A stretch of DNA of 64,000 bases. Origin: Macrostomum lignano. Taxonomy: Eukaryota. Below, piece by piece: positions 58,885 to 64,000 of this stretch; positions within the stretch are counted from its first letter, which is position 1; each line of letters opens with the position of its first letter. The DNA lies in contig NIVC01000168.1 of assembly GCA_002269645.1 (NCBI GenBank), positions 1-64,000 of the forward strand, written 5' to 3'. The translations under genes were made by a program, and so were the position numbers. The notes beneath the pieces are model-generated. The model was not told where the DNA came from and did no database searches. It worked only from the letters and a program-made list of their open reading frames with translations.

Positions 58885-59811
58885 GGATAGGTATATAGAT
58901 AGATGGATAGATAGATAGGTTCATTGAAAGAAAAACAATGATGAAACTCAACAAACTGAAAAATCATTAACCCGCCCCCTCCATCAGATGCAAAACCTGT
59001 CCAACATAGTGCTAAGCCCGTTGGAAACTTTCATCAAAGTGGAAATGAAGTCCGACATGAAGAAAGGCTTCGACAAGGCATTGAAAGAATACGAATCAAA
59101 ATTCGACAAGATTCGTAAAGAAAAGATTCAAGCCGCTAAAGAGGCTGGTCACACCAAGACAGACGTGTCAATGACCGAGGTAAACAATAGATTGGACTGA
59201 TTTGTCTATTTTCTTGACTTAGAAATTGAATCTAGTCAATAAAAGTAGATTAATATCCACTGAATATCGACATCGTCTCACAGCAACCAGGGCTGAAGCA
59301 ATGCTGCCCATTCTACCGACTCTTAAGCACATTCCTTAGCACGCACTCACACACACGCTCACACAGGGTGTACAACAGCCCGGCTTTCTAATCGTTCAAG
59401 GCATGTACACTCTCTGTGCTTTGGCGGTTGGCCCAAATTTGCTGTGAATCGCACGGCAACACTAATCTCCATTTTCGTGCACACAAGCCCCATATAAATG
59501 TGGGCCGCTCACAGAATCGAACCACGGGCTGTGTTGCAAGAGACTCAGACTCGTTTATTGAAATAAAAAAGACAAAAGCAAAGACAAACATTTATTTAAT
59601 ATTCATTCTTTTTAGACAACTGCTATATGGTTCCATGCTTAAAAAATAATTCTAGTTGTATATATGTGCACTCTAAACATCAAAACTTTATTAATATCTA
59701 TAACTTGCTTACTATAAAATGAAATTATCCGATACTAAAAAAAACACTGCCTTGCAGATTCAAGAGGAACTTGAACGGGAACGGCGGTCCTTGCAGCTGC
59801 AACTGTGCGAG
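52400..59811 (+). CDS. ASAP: ASAP-type ArfGAP (BAR-domain N-terminus), 5' part, first five exons; the gene presumably continues beyond the window
   Basis: Exons 52400-52534, 58438-58510, 58589-58734, 58988-59179, 59758-59811 splice in phase: [21 protein letters not shown]...[10 protein letters not shown]|[24 protein letters not shown]...KFSVVTKE...[23 protein letters not shown]...[18 protein letters not shown], collinear with the ASAP1/2 BAR domain as recalled. Confidence 0.88.
52720..53740. mobile_element. About 1-kb foldback-like element with long diverged inverted arms (ASAP intron 1)
   Basis: 52945-53095 mirrors 53447-53592 (roughly 80% identity by eye). The outer motif ttttgtcttatgatcccc (about 52755) mirrors ggggatcatataacaaaa (about 53701). 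Confidence 0.7.
54160..54785. mobile_element. Palindromic element built from TTTCACAAGGTC-type subrepeats
   Basis: Arm at about 54292-54486 is the reverse complement of about 54514-54710 (about 195 bp, few mismatches), with a spacer of about 27 bp. Confidence 0.85.
55780..57100 (-). mobile_element. Degenerate non-LTR retrotransposon, 3' part of ORF2 (R1/LOA-like C-terminus)
   Basis: W...[14 protein letters not shown]...[19 protein letters not shown]...[18 protein letters not shown] resembles the C-terminal Cys/His region of R1/LOA/I-group elements. Upstream frames are broken, and no RT core motif could be read. Confidence 0.7.
56196..56484. mobile_element. 289-bp MITE with 15-bp TIR and 6-bp TSD inserted in the LINE relic
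   Basis: CCATACATGCGCAAC / GTTGCGCATGTATGG, with TCATGC at 56190-95 and 56485-90. Removal restores the LINE reading frame. Confidence 0.9.
58807..58918. repeat. (TAGA)n microsatellite in ASAP intron 3
   Basis: Direct reading. Confidence 0.97.
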
Positions 59812-60652
59812 GTTTGTTCTAGTTTAATAAAACATACCTGTTACTGTTTCTTAATACTTTTGTTCACCTCTATCAAACGCTGTTTTTTAAATACTAGAGA
59901 TAATATACAGCATAGTTCTAAATAAGTGTTTTTTCACTCTGCTCATTTTTTTCTCGCAATATGGTCCAAGAAACGGGTCTATGCAGGTTTATTTTGCGTG
60001 CAAGTAAATTGCTTTGGACAGACAGATAATAATAGTAGTAGGAATAATAAGAATGCCAGCCACAATAATGTAAAATATCCAATAAGAATGGTAAGTAAGT
60101 TTGTTACTCAGTTTAGAAAGAGTAGATATAATACAGGATCGAGTGGTCTCTCGAGTTGCTATGGGAAATGAGGAAAAATAAGAGATATTTGTACAGAAAA
60201 AATAGTCGACAAAGCAAATTATTAAAAGCAGAGCGGCACCGAGTGTACGATAAAAATATGTGCTTTTATACATTGGTTGTAACTTGGCAGGTTGCTTTAT
60301 TCTCAGATCATCAAAAGTTCGGGCCCGTTAGGCGTGGAAGCTAGATTGGCATTGAGACGGAGAGTGTATGCGTATACAATAATAATAATTTAAATTGCAG
60401 ACAAGCTGGTCTGGCGTTTGATAAGAAGCTGCCTATTGATATTGCAATAATATTAATTTAGATCTTAGAATAATAATAATAATAATGGATTAGAATGTGG
60501 AGCTGCTTTACCGAAAGAAATGTCGTTATAGAATGCAAGATATTGTGTGCTCAAAATGGATCTCACATGCATCTGTCTCGTCTTCTTGTTGCGTCTTTCG
60601 AATGTGTCGAGTGTCTCTGTCTGCATTATGTTAGATGAATTATTTAATATTA

Positions 60653-63495
60653 TTAAATAAACTCCGTACCCTCTAGCGGTGTGTCGAATACGCGGACCAT
60701 TTGGTAGCACTTTGGTCGCCTAACATTGCCGCCTCCTACGTGTAGAATCTGGGCCTTGCCTTTTGATAATCGGCGCTTACCGATTCGTCTGCCAGTTTTA
60801 TTTCCAGGCCGGCGTTGCCTTGTCGCCGATCTAGCGGAGCTTGCATTAGTTTGGCTTCCAGTTGCAACAGCAGCCTCTTGCGTTGGTACTATTGGAAGTT
60901 GTTCGTCTTCATCGGCGTCTTCTATCGTTTCGAATGCCGTATCGATTGTTGTTGTTATTGGCGCAATTGGTTTGTTTGTCGCTGTCCGTGTTCTTGCTGC
61001 TTTTACTTCTGCTTCTGCTGCTTGGCGTTTGAGGTCCTCTAAAATGCGGCTGTAGATATCGGCTAGAGCTGCATCCGCTGCGTTGCCTTCTAGTACGCTG
61101 CGCTCTCTTAACTGAGCAATCTGGTTTGCTAGCGTCTCTGCTACGTCTTCGTTCACATTTTGGTGGTCCTGTTCGACTTCTTGTGCCGCCTGCCAGTGCT
61201 GGGCTTCCTGTTCCAGCTCGTCTAGTCCGACTTTGTCTTCCGCTTCGGAAACTGACTCGCACCGGATTAAGTCGTGCTCCGCAGCTATCTCATCCTCCTG
61301 CTCGGTCTCTTCGTTAGCGACGAATTTCTCTTCGTTGGAGTCTTCTGTTAGATTTTTGCGCGGGCGTCGCTTGATCTTGACGAAGCTGACGTGGCCGGGT
61401 TTAACTGAATCGCACAGTTGAGGACTGTCGCCTTCGTTGACGAACAGATACGGGCTGTCCGAGACAGATACTAGTTGTTCAACTTGCTGCTGCTGCTGCT
61501 GGTTGGCGTCGGACGATATGTTTATATTGCTAGCATTTTTAGCATTACGACGAGCGTCGCGGTTTTTGTTGTGCTTCAACAGGGCTTGCGGATCGGCGGT
61601 TGGCGGCTTGCCTAGTCTCAGGTTTAGGTAAACGCTCTTGATGTCAGCAAGTTTCTCCATCTCGCTACGGATCATGTAGTTTGACGCTTTCTCGCTCCGA
61701 TTCAGGTCCAGGATTACTCCCAACCGCACGTCTGCGAACGTGTTCTGAAGATTTGGATTTAGTTGGAAGTCGATCTCGTCATCAAAGCTATATGGCGGAA
61801 ATTCAGCTTCCAAAAAGCGAATCAGCTGTCTGCTGTGCAACAAGACGTGATATAAAATTCCAATCAGTCGCTTTATAGTCCTAGCTAGAATAAGACGCTT
61901 GTTATTTGCCTTCTTAGTCGGATTAACGTGCGCATGTTTCTGCTTTTTATCGCCCTTCTGCATCTTATTTAACTTGTCAATATTGTCGAATTGTTGCTGT
62001 AGCAGATTTAACAGTAGCACGGCAGCGTTGCGCGCGTCGCGATTCTGCATTTCCACCAGCTTTTTTTTGGCCTTGACCGCATCCGGTGGCAAATTGTTGC
62101 CTCCTTTGCCTTTCTTTTTTTTGGGCGGCGGTTCAATTACAAATAAGCCGCGCTTGATGTACACGTCTACAGTGTCTAGTAGCGGTTGTAAAGGCGTCTT
62201 GTTAGCCACTTTGGCGCCAGTTTTCAGCGCGTGCAGCAGCACTCTAGTGGCTTCGGACGCATACGGCCCTGGGTCAGAGGCCGAGTTCTTGCCTTTCTTA
62301 GCCGCGGCGGCATTGTTATTAGCGTTGGCGCCGGGGTCCTCAGCCTCGTAGCCCGCATCGTAGTCTTGAGCTTGGGCCATCACAATCTGCGGATTATAAC
62401 CGTCGGCAATCATCTCTTTGATACAATTTCGAACCTCTTCGTAGCGCACTCTGGTCTGCTGATAGCTGGCGTAATCTTCGGCGATTTCCATTAACGATTT
62501 CGTGCCAATCATTCGAGCACCGTGCGGCAGGTTATCCACTTCGATTAGTCCGGTTTGAACGCGTTGATTTTCATTTTTCGGATTAACAATCGACATTGGC
62601 AAGCGTTGGAATTTGTAAAACGCCGGATCAAAAGTCATGTTATGTACGAGGCGAGCTAGCGGCAACAATGGTCGTTCGTTCATCAGCCACAGACAGTAAT
62701 CTAACCAGTCCGTGAAGTAGTAGGCTCGACGTTCGTATCTCCGTCTTGCTGGCATGCAGATTGGCTCTAGTGCCTCCCACTTGTTCATTAGCATGTCGGG
62801 CACGTATTCGTAGCAACCGCTTCGTAGAACGATCACCGACAGCGGGTAGGCGTGAAAATCTCCAGTGACCGTGTCTTGGACGTGAGTGGCGTACTGCGGC
62901 TCCTTCAACGTGTAAAGCGCATCTCCTATGGGATCTCGATAAGCCAGAGCCATTTTCACCACGTCGACCTGTGATTATTGGGGAATTGCAGTTGTGAATA
63001 TTTTAATTTAGACTTTGATATCGAGTTAGTTACCTGTGTTAACAACTATCCAATTATCGTGAGTGTCAATAATGACCTACTTGTCAATAAGTTTATTTCC
63101 ATGACACCACGTTCTTCTCTATCTTATGCTCCTCGATTCAATAGATGATTAAATTTAAGTTTTAAAAAGAGACTTACACTCTTCAGATAGAAGGCCATTC
63201 CGAGCACAGTTAGATAGATAATCGCCTGCTTGTGAAACAGACTGTTAGCAGATGGATCGGCGCTATTGTACATTTGGGGATGGTCTAGCAGTTGAAAATA
63301 GCTAGTCTTGAACGCTTCCGGTTTCAACTCCATCTTGCGTCTGATCCGATCAACGTCTTGATTTTTTAGCATGGACGCTAGCCAGCGGGTATTAGGATGA
63401 TCTAGAGTATAGTACTTCGGTATGGCATAATAGAAGCACGTGTCCAAACCGTACAATGGATCCAAATAGGCCGATGGCGTTGGAAGCTTCACCAT
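60653..63495 (-). CDS. Uncharacterised two-exon gene, about 877 aa, antisense to and probably nested in an ASAP intron
   Basis: Exon 63495-63178 (donor GTAAGT at 63177) joins exon 62968-60653 (acceptor ...AATCACAG at 62969-70) in phase 0: ...AFYLKS|VDVVKMALAYRD.... The 2.3-kb open exon has coding-like composition. Confidence 0.8.
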
Positions 63496-64000
63496 TTCTT
63501 TAATTAGTTGCTTAGCACTTAGCTAGCTAGACTGAGCGTGTAGTTGAGCTTCTGCACGAGTAGTTAAGTGCCGCAAGATTAGTTAAAGAGAAGATGGATG
63601 GACCTGGCTCGATCGCATTTTAGTGCCATAGACTATTAATTTTCTGACCTTTGTGAGATGTCAGTTTGATAGTTTTTGTTATTTAGTCGATAAATTTGTT
63701 AATTCCATAATTTTTTGTTTTCAGTTTTTCATCAAAGCCAACGACGTGAAAACTAAGAAACGTTCGGGGCTGATGCAGTATTTGATTGACTATTATACTG
63801 CTCAGATGATGTGAGAATTTTCTCTGTTTAATTGATTGCATTTCTGGGTGATTCGAACAACTTGCTCTTTCTGAACTTAAAAAAACAATCATTCTTAGCT
63901 TTATCTATTCGATTATATTATTCAGAGAATGTTAGGGATATGCTATCCATCAGGAATCTACCCTTCCTTCTTTTCATCTAATATCTGTGTAATTTCTACC

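Noticed and set aside
2187-63510. Spliced-leader trans-splicing, suggested by AG acceptors shortly upstream of several ATGs
   Set aside because: It cannot be distinguished from ordinary 5' UTR introns or chance AGs without transcript data.
1-64000. Species assignment, and a functional link between HRI, SPS and the array
   Set aside because: The sequence supports only an invertebrate animal. Adjacency in a eukaryotic genome is not evidence of a shared pathway.

Overview
Animal (invertebrate-type) genomic DNA with AT-rich introns and GC-richer exons. Gene order: MSS4/RABIF (- strand, apparently two 1-bp frameshifts); a 9-exon HRI-like eIF2-alpha kinase (-) whose larger introns each hold a different minisatellite; a 5-exon selenophosphate synthetase (+); six head-to-tail, nearly intronless zinc-finger/coiled-coil/beta-propeller (TRIM-NHL-like, RING-less) paralogues (+); and the 5' part of an ASAP-type BAR/ArfGAP gene (+) with an unrecognised 877-aa antisense gene apparently nested in an intron. 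The ORF track misses SPS exon 1 because it has an in-frame TGA at the catalytic position (KG-U-GCKVPQ). That TGA is followed by a strong hairpin, and a form-II SECIS lies about 0.9 kb after the stop, with an AATAAA directly in front of it. Three of the six array genes share a ~98% identical GC-rich tract across the coiled coil while their propellers diverge. The rest is MITEs with resolvable TSDs, tRNA/CORE-like SINEs, foldback elements and a LINE relic split by a MITE. All splicing, alignments, counts and folds were done by eye, and no database search was run.
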